From positions 87,112,001 to 87,176,000 of the forward strand of contig NC_045696.1 in NCBI RefSeq assembly GCF_009834535.1: 64,000 bases of DNA, read 5' to 3'. Positions 25,526-38,604 of this stretch are shown piece by piece. Both the position numbers and the translations under genes were made by a program. This DNA is from Camelus ferus. Its lineage: Eukaryota. Below the pieces are notes generated by a model. The model saw only the letters and a program-made list of their open reading frames with translations. It was not told the origin of the DNA and made no database searches. The number at the start of each line of letters is the position of its first letter. Within the stretch, counting starts at the first letter, position 1.

Positions 25526-28500
25526 TTTCGTTTCTTTTTTCACAGTGGTGTCTAAAATAATGATATGTTACTTTTATAGTTACTAGCATCTTCAGTTTGA
25601 TGAAATACAGCAGTAATTCAGCAGGTCATAGGATCAAAATTTTCATTTGCTTTTTTCCCCCCCGAGGCTGCAGGAGATAAGATATTCTTTAGCAAAGTCA
25701 CAGATAGTTCCTGGGTTGATGAATAATATAATAATATAAGGATTTTAGCATGTTATTTTCTCCCTCTATGCTGTCTGTGTCTTTGGTGGCAGCCAATCCA
25801 CCCTGCAGTTACTAAATTTCTTCTGTCCTTTTCCCTATGGTAGGGAGTAGCCAACTAAAATCCTGAAGACTTCAAAGAGCACCTCCTTCTAGTAGATGCT
25901 CTGTATCAATTTAGTTACCTCTTTCATTAGCACATGTCTGACTGCCAGATTCTAATACTAAAACTAAATTTGTAGTGCATTCAGCCTGAATTAAGCCAAA
26001 TACTCAATCTCCAATTGTTCCTACTTCCTGAGAATCTCATGCTGGAAACCTGTACCCAGTTAGAAGTATTTGTATCAGTCAGAGATCTTGGTTGAATGTG
26101 TCAGAAATCAACTACAGTTAAGTGCACAAAATATAAACTTAGAAATATATTGCCTAGCCAACATGATGGTTCCGAGTGCCATTATTAACTGATTTCACAG
26201 TCCCAGACGGTATATCGAATGAGTACATCTTAGGTCAAATATCCATATTCTACATGTTGTCAAAAGAACAAAGAAATCTAGCATCTGAACCATGTGGCTT
26301 TGGCAGTAGAAAACAGAACAATTCCCCATAAAACTACACAATGATATATTATTTAAATGTGGAAATGTGTTTGAGATGCCACTCTGGAGGGAGGATTCGT
26401 TGTGTCTTCAAATTTACCTAAGGATTTTCTCAGGTATGTGTTAGGGATGAGGCAGGAGATAAAAGAGTTATTCCAGGCTGTGGGAACAAAGCACCAGGGT
26501 GCACACATGTCAGAATGGTAGTCTAGGATTCTAGTTTAAGATGACAACTACCAACATTCATTTCGTCTTCTGTAAAAAGTCCTGTTGAAGTGACAGAAAA
26601 AAAAAGTGGTACAAATTAATAAATACATGATTCTACCGGGATAGAAAAAGGAGAAACAGTGGGAGACCTTTTTTTTTTTTTTTTTAAATTTTGAGAGGCA
26701 GAAATCCCACTGACCAATGAAAGTGGAGAAAGAATGTGAGGGTATATTTGGTATGGAAAGCAAGATGTGTTGTGTGACAGAAATGCAGGCGATTGAACAA
26801 AAGACTGTATGGTGAACAGCAGAGCTAGATCTTTCACCCTTTCCACATTTTCAGGAAAATAGGTTGACTGGAAGCACCAGTGTTAGGCCCCAGGTTAAGA
26901 CCATAAAAGGGCATAAGTTGTCTGGGAAGGGCTTGGGCTCTGTGGAATTGGTTCCTCAGAGAAAAGGCCCACTTACTTGGCACTGAATGGTTTCATTTTC
27001 AAAATCACTGATCTACTAAGTTAGCTGCTTTCTTCATTAAATAGAATTCTCCATCATCTCTTCCATTTGGGGGAAACATCTCTTAAAGAAACAGAACTAC
27101 ACAGCTGGTGAAGAAACCCATGCTATCAATCCATATTAGTAAAATTTTATTTACAAATTCAGAACATACCCAAGGGGAATTTGAGAGCTATTGACTCAAA
27201 AGAGGAAAAAAAATTTATGGGAGTAAAAAAAGTTTTAATATTTTGATATTTGTGTATCTCTGGTCCTCACTGCCTTAGTAAAAGTGTGTGTTAAAGTGTT
27301 GTGTGTAAAGTATGTGATGTTTAAGCCTCCTTTGTTTAATAAAGAAAAGAGAGACACATCTTCCCCACTCTGTCCTCCTTAGGGTGTCTTCTTCAGAACA
27401 CAGGACTTTTTAATTTTACAAGGCAAGGTCCTGGGCCTTCTGATTCATGCAACTGTAAATGCAAACTTCCAAGGTTATAAGTTGGAAGGCCCTGGGATTG
27501 GAGGCAATCACAAGGTGTATTTTCTTGCCTTTCAAGGCACGAGAAAAGTTTTTATTTTTTTCTTTTACTTTTTTTGTATAAATTGCATGAAATTCTGTCC
27601 AGACCCTGTAACCATTCTTGTTTTACCTTACATGCGTGCAATTTGTTAATACTTAGCCAATTATGTAATTGTTCTCTGCCCCTTCTGTATTGGTAAGGAG
27701 GGGACTTTTGTTGACAGGACTATTTATTTTCTTGACAATGTATGTGTGAGATTGGCTCTAACCATTCAGACTGCTGTTTCTGGAAGCCGAACCTTCACCT
27801 CTCATCCATATCTAAAAATTTTTGTACTAAAATATAGGATGAGTATAGGGAGCCTTGCACTAAAACAAAAAACAAATGATGTAATTCAGAGTAGCATTTC
27901 AGCACATTGTGTGAAATAGTTGAGGCAGAGATGATTTCTACAAAGTTCCTCAAACCGTATGTAAACCTGAAATTATGCAATTTCTAGTCAATTCACTGTA
28001 TGTTCGCCTTTGTCTGTTTTACTGTTTCATGTGGCACACCATTATTAGCTATGAGAATTGAGAGTAGAAATGAGTTTGTTAATCTGATAGCTTGTTTTGA
28101 TCTGGCTTCCTTTTTTTCCCCAGTTGAAAATATATTCAAAGGCTCAAGTGGTGAATCATATTTGTGTCTGTAATATAGATTTAAATATGCTTAATTCTGC
28201 TCATCTGTCTGAAATGTTTTTTACATAATATTTAAATAATATTTAAGTTGTGATCTGTGTTTAGAAATCATGTGATTGCACCATTAGATTCTATTTTTAA
28301 CCTTCTATCTAGAACATAAAGTTCTACTGCAATTATTACATAGGGGCTACTTTCACTGTAATTCCAAATTGTCATGGGTCCATTGGGAAAGCTTAAGATG
28401 TGTGTAATGGTGATGTGAGTTTTATTGGGCTTCCTTCCTCAAGAAATAGCCATACTAATTATTTTCAGTGGAGTGTGTTTGCCAGTTGGATTATCCTGCG

Positions 28501-31500
28501 GCTCCTTCTGTGTGAATGTACTCTCTGGCTAGATGCTATATTGTGTGAAACTTCATGCCTGTTTATCATGCATTTTGTAAGTCCCTAGACAGTGGTTGGT
28601 GCTGGCTAGGGCTCTTGTGGGTAAGAAAAATAATTCTGGTAACCAGAATAGACGTCAATTCCTTTGGGAATGACTTGTTACCCCTGGTAACAACGGATAG
28701 TTTGTTTTTCCAAGGAAACGTGCATTATGGGTGCTTCAGAATTGGTACTTCTTTGACACATTAAACATTTTGAGAAAGCAGGAGGTAGATTGTGAGAATC
28801 CATGCTCTTAGACTTCTTTGTAGTCTCCATTTCTAACCCAATGATTACTGCATTCCTGTACGTGCCCTGCCAGGTCTGGCAGAGCTGATAACAAAGACTG
28901 TTTAATATCAACTGGCTGAGTAATTTTGTCTACTTGATTGTTCAGTGCTCTGTCCATAGTGTTCACTGGTGGGCATTTATATTTGACATGAAAAATTTTA
29001 CAGTTGATGCCATTTGCATCTGTCTGTCTGCATGCCTCTCTCCTAGACTTTTTTTTTTATCTGATAATCCAATTTTTTAACTGTTAGGCCACTCACCACT
29101 GCCCATAATTCCACAAATTCTCATCTCTGACTACATTTCCTTTCCCATAAAGTCAGTGAATAGTTACAATAGTAAAAGATCTGTCCATTGGGAAGATTTT
29201 CACTCACTGTCATTCAGAGATACCTCCAAGTATGGCTGGAGTATAGCCTCTATTCATTTTTTATTTGCTTTATGTACTGGGCCAATCTATCCCTAAACCA
29301 TGCTTTTTTTTTTTTAATATTCCCTTCAAACACCATAGATAACACGATGAGGGAGGGATGAAAATAGGGTGGATGACATGGGAATCTAGGCTGTGTACTT
29401 ATGCAATTTACTTATAGTATTTACTTCTAGTCCTGCTCAGGTTCAATCCTTGACATACCATTTCTATCCTACAATGAGCTATTACTGGATCTACCCAATT
29501 AGATGATGACTTTATGGATTGTCAAAATGAACATATACCCATTGGGGATCTTCTTGAACCCTACTTATGAATCTGGCAGCCAGGAAAAAAGATGGGGACA
29601 GCTCTTGAAGGGGCATTGGTTGCCTTGCAGGGAAGAGGCCTTTGCAGGTTATTCCTGTATCAAGGAGCCGAAAGTGAGCTCCCTCTGAAGACTTGGGGGT
29701 TCAGTTAAAATCTTCAGAGGAATCCACACAGGTATTCCCTTTCGAAGCTTCATCAACTCAGGTTTTCTCAACCAGGGCCCTAAACACAGCATAACAGACA
29801 TGCCTAGCCTGAGTATTTGATAGTATTTATAGCTCAGTGATCTTAATAATACCCTGTGTCTGTTCCTCAGTTGCTCCTAATTCACTGAGAGAGCTAAGGG
29901 CCTCTTTGTAAGTTAGAGTGGAGGTTCTCTGACTCACACCCTTAGCCACATCTTGTTTATCATCATCCTTCTTCAGGGTATCAGTGTAACTTCCATTCCA
30001 TTACCCTTGTATGTATTGTTCTTCGTGAACTTTTCAAAGACCTTGTTCATTACAGTGGACAAGGCATTCCCTTCCATCTTTGTACCACTACCGTCTTCCC
30101 CTGTTGTTCCAAGAAGCTGAGGCAGTTCCTGATGGCACTTACAGTAGGAAGCAATCAGATGGGAATCCACCTTATATGAGTTTCTCTCTTGAAAGGAGAT
30201 ATGAGCAACTTTGCCCATGACTGCAACAGTTTATAAACTGTATATTATGTGCTTCCTATAACATGATAAATTTATATGATAAAATAGCATGAGAATATGT
30301 TTATTCAACATTTAATAAGTTTTTCATTAAGAACCCCACTATGTGAAAATTGTTTAATATATGATCTCTATACTCAATTTATCCTCAAGATGGAATTTGT
30401 GGTATATGAGTAGCTATACTTAGTGATAAGTATAATGCTCATGATAAATTTCTTAGGAAACAAGCAAATCCCATGTTTAGAGATTGGTAAAGTTAAAAGT
30501 CAGTGCACTTGAAGAGAACTGTAAGAAGGCAGGATAGAGGTTCCATTTAGGCTTGAAATTCAAATGACAGCAAAGTTGGGAAACATTCCATAGAGGAGAA
30601 AAAATATGAGGAAATTAAGTGCAGATGAAGGAAAGTACAGGGTGCTTTCAGGGAAGGAGAGTAAGCACTTTAACTGGGTGCAGCATACATAGTACAAAAG
30701 GGAGTGCTGCACGTGTCTGGGCTGTGGCAGATCGTAGAGGGCCGTAAGTCTTGAGTGAACACCAACCCAGGGCAGCTGTGGAGCTGCAGTTTTGGCCTAG
30801 GCAGCTGGCCTAGGTAGTCACTGAAATTTCCTGATTTCATTAAGGTTTACCAACACTTCATCAGCATGGAATCCATGGAGGCATAATGTCCTTTGCTGCT
30901 TGTTTTATTTTGTTGAAGAACTTGCTAACATTTTGTAGGTGAGTGGATAATAAAACAAACAGAATAAGTTTACCTTCCTAAAAAGAACCTCATCCTTTAT
31001 ATAAGCCCTCTCCCTTCATGAATAAGGACACAATAGACTTCATAATTGGTTCCTTCCTGTAAGTTTTGTCATGTCATTGATGAAGTGTTAAACAAATTCA
31101 ACATAATGGGAAAGGAAAGGCAAAGGTAAATTTCAGAGATATTAAGAACGCATAAATGACAAGTATTTGGATATAATGGGATATATGAAATTAAGGAGAG
31201 AGTGCAGTTAAAGACGAAGAGTTTGGTGAAAAAAAATAAACAGAGATAATGAACAACTGAGTGAAACAATGCCACAAATGCAATCCAGCACTAAAGCCTA
31301 GTGATTTAAGTTTGTGAGTTTGGTGAAATAAAAATATACTGTGATTGTATTAAATTACTGTTTGCTTTCTGAAAAATATTAGTCTTTTCAGCAAAGGTTA
31401 ATGGAAAATCTATTTAAAAAATCAAATGCTCATCAAGTAAGAGTTCATGAGTACAGTATATAATCCAACTTAATGTGTCCACTATTTTTCAAAGATAATA

Positions 31501-32377
31501 GGAGCTAATGAGAATCCCTTAGCTTAAAATGAGATTACTTCTATTGAACATGATGCTGGAAGTAAGGATTTGTTAGAATAAGTATAAGTTAATGCTCCAT
31601 GTTTAATTACTATCTCATAATATTCCATTTATTATGATATTAATAACATGAAACTATATGCAGGTTATCTTCACATGTACGTGTACCTACTTCACGTCAA
31701 TTTGAAATTAATATCAAGTACTGAATATTTTTAAAGTTTAAATGTGAATTATGTTTGACATTGTGGCCATTTACAGCAACAATAAAAATTTCCCTTAAAA
31801 ATACCAATACCAAAATCAATCATTTATATGTCTTCAGTTTCTTAGGAAGCAAGATGTTAGTAGGCCCTAATAAAAACACATCTTGACTTTATCTAAAAAG
31901 TGGATATAGATGCTTTCTGTTGCACCTTCCCCTCACATGTATTACCTAAGTGCATTTATAAGAATTTTCAGCTTGAATTTTACTTGGTTAGCTATACAAA
32001 TGTTGAAAATTTCATACTTAATGAAAATAATTTGTTATCAAACCCACTTATTCACATGTATCTACTGACTTGGTGTATTTCAGAATTATACTTATTTTTA
32101 AGTTTGTACCTTTTGACCACTCTCACCCATTTGGCCCACCCCACACCCCTACCTCTGGCAATGACCAGTGTATTCGTTACATCCATGAATTCAGTTTTTT
32201 AGGTTCCACATAAAAGTGAGATCATATGGTATTTGTCTTTCTCTGAATTATTTCACTTAGTATTATAAATACCCTCAAGTTCCATCCAAATTGTCACAAA
32301 TGGCAAGATTTCCCTTTTTATGGAAGGATAAATTCCAGTATATATATGTATATGTGTATATATGTATATATACACAT

Positions 32378-32600
32378 ACAGTTGACCCTTGAGCAATGTA
32401 GGTTTGAACTATGAACTGCAAGGGTCAACTTATATGCAGATTTTTTTCAATAAATATGTACTACAGTACTAAACAATTGGTGGTTGGTTCAATCTGAGGA
32501 TGTAGAACTACAGATAGGGAGTCCTGACTATAAAGATATACTCAGATTTTTGACTGTATGAAGGGTCAGCACCCTTAACCCTAGTGTTGTTCAAGGGTTA
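32378..32600. mobile_element. Tigger3a/MER8-type MITE inserted at TA
   Basis: TIRs 'cagttgacccttgagcaa' ... 'tgttgttcaagggtta', flanked by TA-rich repeats. Confidence 0.8.
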
Positions 32601-33139
32601 TCTATCTATCTATATAACATAAAATCACATTTTCTTCATCTATCCACAGACATGTAAGTTGCTTCCATGTCTTGGCTATTGTAAATAATGCTGCAGTGAA
32701 AAGCATGTTCAGGTATCTTTTGGAGTTAGTGTTTTGTATCCTTTGCATAAATAGCACAGAATTTTTTGAGGAACCTCCATATTTTCAATAGTGACTGCAC
32801 CCATTTAAGTTCTCAACAACAGTGAACCAAGTTTCCCCTTTCTCCCCAATACTTTGTTGATTCTTATCTTTATAACAGACATTCTAACAGGTGTGAGGGG
32901 ATATCTCGTTGTGGTTTAGATTTGCATTTCTCTGATAGTGATGTTGAGCACCATTTCATGTACCCTTTGGCCATCTGTATGTCTTCTTTGGAAAAATATC
33001 TATTCAGATCCTCTGCCCCTTTTAAAAATAGCATATTTAGTACTCTGTTATTGACTTGTATTAGTTCTTTATTTATCTTGGATGTTAACCCCTTTTCAGG
33101 TATAAATGGAAAATGTTTTCTCCAGTTTGGTGAGTTGCT

Positions 33140-33223
33140 TTTTTTAAATTTTTTTTTTTTAATTGAAGTATAGTTGGTTTACAGTGTTGTGTTAATTTCT
33201 GGTGTACAGAATTAGTGATTCAG

Positions 33224-33261
<38 letters not shown>

Positions 33262-34312
33262 CTTTTTGTATTCTTTTTCACTATAGGCTGTTAAAAGATA
33301 CTGAATATAGTTCCCTGTGTTATACCACAGGACCTTGCTGTGTACCTATTTTATTTACAGTAGATAGTATCTGCAAATCCCACGCTCCCAATTTATTGCT
33401 CCACCGTACTCTTCCCCCCAGATAAACATAAATTTGTTTTCTATAAGTTCATGGTGTCATTTTTTAAGATTCCACATATAAGTAATATATGGCATTTTTC
33501 TTTCTCTTTCTGGCTTACTTCACTTAGAATGACAATCTCCAGGTCCATCCATGTTGTTGCAAATGGCATTATTTTATTCTTTTTTTATGGCTGAGTAGTA
33601 TTCCATCATATAAATATACCACGACTTCTTTATCCATTCATCTGTCGATGGACATTTAGGTTGTTTCCATGTCTTGGCTATTGTAAATAGTGCTAGTATG
33701 AACATTGAGGTGCATGTATCTTTTTGAATTAGAGTTTCCTCTGGATATACATGGATATACTAGGAACCCACTCTGGGCATAAGTCTATTTTCAGTTTTTT
33801 AAGGAATCACCATACTGTTTTCCATAATGTCTGCACCAAACTACATTCTCACCAGCAGTGTAGGAGAATTTCCTTTTCTCATACCCTCTCCAGCACATAT
33901 TGTTTGTGGACTTTTTAATGATGGCCATTCTGACCAGTGTGACTTGATACCTCATTATAATTTTGTTTTGCATTTCTCTGATAATTCACAATACTGAACA
34001 TTTTTTCATGTGCTATTGGCCATTTGTATGTCTTTATTGGAGAATTGCTTGTTTAGATATTCTGCTCATTTTTGGGTTGGGTTGTTGTTTCGATTATCGA
34101 GTTGTATGAGCTGTTTGTATATTCTGGAAAGTAAGCCCTTGTCAATCACGTTGTTTGCAAATATTTTCTCTCATTCTGTAGGTTGTCTTTTCATTTTATT
34201 TCTAGTTGCTTTGCTGTGCAGAAGTTTATAAGGTCCCATTTGTTTATTTTGGCTTTTATTTCTATTGCCTTGGTAGCCTGCGCTAGGAGAACATTGATAA
34301 GATTTATGTCAG
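33140..34312 (-). mobile_element. L1 3' segment (~1.17 kb) of a U6-L1 chimera
   Basis: Poly-T at ~33140-33160, L1 3' UTR and ORF2 C-terminus ('[19 protein letters not shown]'); abuts U6 directly. Confidence 0.9.
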
Positions 34313-34419
34313 AAAAAGATGGACTGCTTCATGGATTTGTGTGTCATCCTTGTGCAGAGGCCATGCTAAGTTTCTCTGTATTGTTTCAGTTTTAGTGTAT
34401 GTGCTTCCAAAGTGAACAC
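34313..34419 (-). pseudogene. RNU6: Full-length U6 snRNA retropseudogene fused 5' of L1
   Basis: Reverse complement GTGTTCACTTTGGAAGCACATACACTAAAACTGAAACAATACAGAGAAACTTAGCATGGCCTCTGCACAAGGATGACACACAAATCCATGAAGCAGTCCATCTTTTT aligns end to end with U6 (ACAGAGA box, AGC triad, oligo-U end); CpGs decayed. Confidence 0.95.
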
Positions 34420-37400
34420 AGTGTATTCCCTTTTAATTTTTGTGATGGTTTCCTTTGCTGTGCAGAAGGTTTTTAGTTTTATGCAGTCCCACCTATTTAT
34501 TTTTGTTGCCTTTGTTTCTGGAGTCATTGCCAAAAATTCCTCACCAAGACTGATGTCAAGGAGTTTACTGCCTATGTTTTCTTCTAGGAGTTTTGTGGTT
34601 TCAGGTCTTATTTTTAAGTCTTTATTCATTTTGAGTTAATTTTTGTGTATAGTGTAAGATAGTGGTCCAGTTTTATTCTTTTGTATTTGGCTGTCAAGTT
34701 TTTCCAACACCATTTACTGAAGAGATTGTTCTTTTCCCATTGTATATATTGGCTCTTTTGTCATAAATTAACCACATATGCATGGATTTATTTCTGGGCT
34801 CTCAATTCTGATCTGTCTATCAATGTGTCTATTTTTAATGCTGACACAAAGCTGTTTTGATGGCAATAGCTTTGTAATATAGTTTGAATTATGGAAATAT
34901 GATGCCTCCAACTTTGTTCTTTTTTCCTAAAATTGCTTTGGTTATTTGGGGTCTTGTGTGGTTCCATACAAATTATAGAATTTTCTCTATTACTGTGAAA
35001 AATGTTATTGGACATTTGGTAGGGGTTGCATTGAATCTATGGATGGCTTTGGGTAGTATGGACATTTTAACAGTATTAGTTCTTCTGATTTATGAGCATG
35101 GAATATCTAATTATTTGTGTCTTCAATTTATTTCATCAATGTTTTATGGTTTTCAGTATACAGTTATTTCACTTCCTTGGTTAAATTTATACCTGAGCAT
35201 TTTATTGTTTTGATGCAGTTGTATATGGAATTGTCAGTTTCTCTTTATAATAATGATAGTTATTAGTGTATGGGAAAGCAACAGGTTTTCATATATTGAT
35301 GTTTGTATCCTGCAAGTTAACTGAACTTGTTTGTAGCTCTAACAATTTTTGGGTGGAGTCTTTAGAATTTTCTTCTCCAATATGAATACCTTTTATTATT
35401 CTTGTCTAATTGCTCTGGTTAGAACTCTCAATATTATGTTGAATAAAAGTGAGAATGAGCATCCTTGTCTTTTTCCTGATTTTAGGGAAAAAACTCAGCT
35501 TTTCACAATTACATATGATGTTATCTGTGGGCTTGTCATATATGGCCTGAATTTATTGAGGGACTTGTGTCTATATACATTTTGTTGAGTTTTTTTCATA
35601 AATCATGAGGACTTTTGTCAAATGCTTTTTCTGCATCTATTGAAATGATTATATGATTTTTATACTTCATTTTGTTAACATGGCATGTCACATTGGTTTG
35701 CAGATGTTGAACCATCCTTGCATCAGTGGAATAAATCCCACATAATCATGGTGTATGATCCTTTTAATGTTTTATTGAATTGGTTTGTTAATATTTTGTT
35801 GAGGATTTTTGCATCTGTATTCATTGGGGATAGTCTATAATTTTCTTGTGGCATCCTTGTCTGGTCTTAGTATCAGGGTAATGCTGGCCTTTAAAATACA
35901 TTAGGAAGAGTTCTCTCTTCTGTGTTTTGGAAGAGTTTGAAGGATTGATGTTGATTCTTGTTTAAATGTTTGGTAGAATTAACCAGTGAAGCCATCTGGT
36001 CCCGGGTTTTGTTTGTTGGGAGGTTTTTGATTACTGATTCAGTTTCCTTATTAATTTAATTTGATTACTGATTCAACTAGTCATTTTTCTGTTCAGATTT
36101 TCTATTTATTCATGATACAGTTTTGCTAGGTTATATGTTTCTGGAAATTTATCCATTTTCTCTAAGTTATCCAACTTGTTGGCATTTAATTGTTCATAAT
36201 AGTCCCTTTATAATCCTTTGTATTTCTGTCCTTTTGGTTATAATGACTCCTCTTTCATATCTGAGCTTATTTGTCCTCTTTTTACTCTTGGTGAGTCTAG
36301 CTGAAGATTTGCCAATTTTATTAATCTTTTCCAAAAACCAGCTCTTAGTTTCATTGATCTTTCCTACTGCCTCTTTTTAGTCTCCATTTAATTTATTTCT
36401 GGTTTGATCTTTGTTATTTCCTTCTTACTACTAACTTTGAGTGTTGTTTGCTTTTTTCTCATTCCTTGAGTACAAAGTTAGGTGGTTTATTTTAGATTAT
36501 TCTTGTTTCCTGAGAAACAAGGAAGTGTGAATTTGATTAAACTTTTTCAAAGTGTAAACTTCTACAAATAATCAAGGCATTCTTAAATAAATGCAGGAAA
36601 TGTAGAAGTACCAACTAAAGATATTTTCTCATTTTCTTTTGTCATATTTGTCCTCTTGTCTCCATTCTTTCTCTTGAAGTGAGGTTTTACATTGTAGAAG
36701 AAAACTTTTGGAATACTAATTTTGTTTAATATATTATTTCCAGGTGATTAGTGACATATTTAGTAAAAGTTTATAGTTGCTCTTTTTTTGAATCTGTCTT
36801 TTTAAATTTTGCATTTTACATTTTTTTTAATTGTACAAAGGCACAAAATGATGATATCTTTGAGGTTTTTTGGTTTGTTTTGCATTGTGTTTGGCTTCAT
36901 GAAATGTCTCAGCCTGAATTTGACTGCTGCTATAGGTGATGTTATCTTCATTTTACAACCCAGACTAGACTATACGTCAGGAACACACTGAGCAGAACAG
37001 TGCAGTGACATTTTGTTCACTTTTATCTACCAATATTATGTCAAAACACATTGATCATCTATTAGATGACAACAAATAAGTAAGAGTACACAGAGAAGCA
37101 AAATGACTGTCTCTGATTAAGAAACATTTGGTACCCAGGATGGTGCTAAGAATACTAGGGCAAACACCAAAGAATCATCAAAAGGTCTTTGCAGAACACC
37201 TCGGATATTTGTTCCAAAAATACATTACTGTTTATACCAGATGAATAAATTAAGCCTGAAAACTCTGAAAAGTGTTAGTGCTATACATGTTTAAACCGTG
37301 CATACAAATAAAAAGATGTTTAAAAAAGACCATTGTAAAGTTATCCAAAGCAAGTCTGTAGATTTAGTTGTATCCAATTGAAGTTAAGGAAATGGTTTAG

Positions 37401-37589
37401 TTGCCACTATGAATACCGTGAGTATAAGAGTACTGTAGTCTTGCTGAACATGCCAAATTAAATACGCTGCAAAGCAGCTAAAATTGAACTACCCCCACCC
37501 TCTTTTTAGAAAATTAGCGTATTTTAATCTCTGAGCTATGTGTTACAAAGGAAGCGAAATATCAAAATACTTAAAAGCCTATCTCTAGG

Positions 37590-38148
37590 TAAGGCTTTCT
37601 CAACCTTAGCTCTTGTCTTAGTCTTTGGTACAATGTTATAGTAGCCAGAGCAGACTAAGTGGCTCAAAACTGAAGTTTGCTTCTCACAGTTCCAGAGCCT
37701 AGAAGTCCAAGATCGGGGTGCCAGCATAGTTGAACTCTGGTGAGATCCTTCTTCTGGGTTGCAGACTTCTTTGTATCCTCATATTACGAGCATAGAGCAG
37801 CAAACTTATGTGTCTCATAAAAGGGCAGTAACGCCATTAATAAGGGCTCTGCTCTCATGACAACATTGAATCTTATTTATCTCCTAACAGCTCCACTTTC
37901 TAATACCATATCATGGGGAACAGAGGGCTTCCACATAATAATTTTGAAGGGACCTAAGCATCCAATCCATAGTAGTTTTTTTGACTATGTGGGTCAGGTA
38001 ATTCTTTGTCATGGGAGGCAGGTTTAGCAGCATCCCTACCCTCTATTCCTGATGTCAGAGGCACTGCTCAATTGTGAAAACCAAAAATGTCTCCAGATGT
38101 TGTCGAATATTCCCTGGGGTTCAAAACCACACTGATTGAGAACAACTT
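37590..38148. mobile_element. MER20 hAT element split by an MLT1 LTR
   Basis: 'tttctcaacctt' start, resuming with 'tttagcagcatccct...aaccaaaaatgtctccagatgttgtc...ttgagaac'. Confidence 0.75.
37614..37972 (-). mobile_element. MLT1A-like MaLR LTR
   Basis: 'tgtcttagtc...ttctcacagttccagagcctagaagtccaagatc...caatccatag'. Confidence 0.8.
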
Positions 38149-38604
38149 CTCTAGGTGGGTAGTTAAAGAAAATTTAATAGGAAAATATATGTGTACATAT
38201 ATATTTATACTATATATATATGCTTTATGTATACATACATTATATATATGCATATCTTATATATATATACACATACATATTTACTTAAATATGTTACTTA
38301 TAATAGAAGTAAGAAATAATTGATGGTATGCAGACTAATGACATATCTTCTTTGGTAATTTATAAATTGATTTGACTTGAATGACCTTGCCTTACCTTCT
38401 TTACTAAAGAATAGTATACTAAAATTCAGGTTTATCACATCATTAAAATCAGTAAACAGAATCAACTTTTATATTAACATGTATATTTTAATTGGTAATT
38501 CATAATTTCTTATTTTTATTTTCACAAATAACAAACCAAAGTCTCACCATACATAAGAAGTTGGGGCAGCTTCTATATTATTTAAGTACTTGAATTTACT
38601 GTTT

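Larger units (their letters stand above)
22512..25610 (+). mobile_element. Tc2/Kanga-like (TcMar) DNA transposon remnant hosting nested insertions
   Basis: Degenerate TIRs: left 'ctacatttcagagtttctaaatgc', right reverse complement 'ctgtatttcatcaaactgaagatgc'; transposase-like remnant at ~23850-24330 ('tttaaaaagaaatgctgc', resembling the FKKC motif). Confidence 0.55.
32090..36510 (-). mobile_element. Older L1 (L1MA-like), ORF2 3' two-thirds plus 3' UTR, interrupted by a Tigger MITE and the U6-L1 chimera
   Basis: ORF2 remnants ('KDLKIRPETTKLLEENIG'; 'gaattaaccagtgaagccatctggtcc' = GPDGFTG). Confidence 0.85.

Noticed and set aside
34313..34419. Functional U6 gene
   Set aside because: Many substitutions, no upstream PSE/TATA evident, embedded in L1
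36026..36075. Repeated 'tttgattactgattca'
   Set aside because: Small local duplication in a decayed L1 with no sign of function
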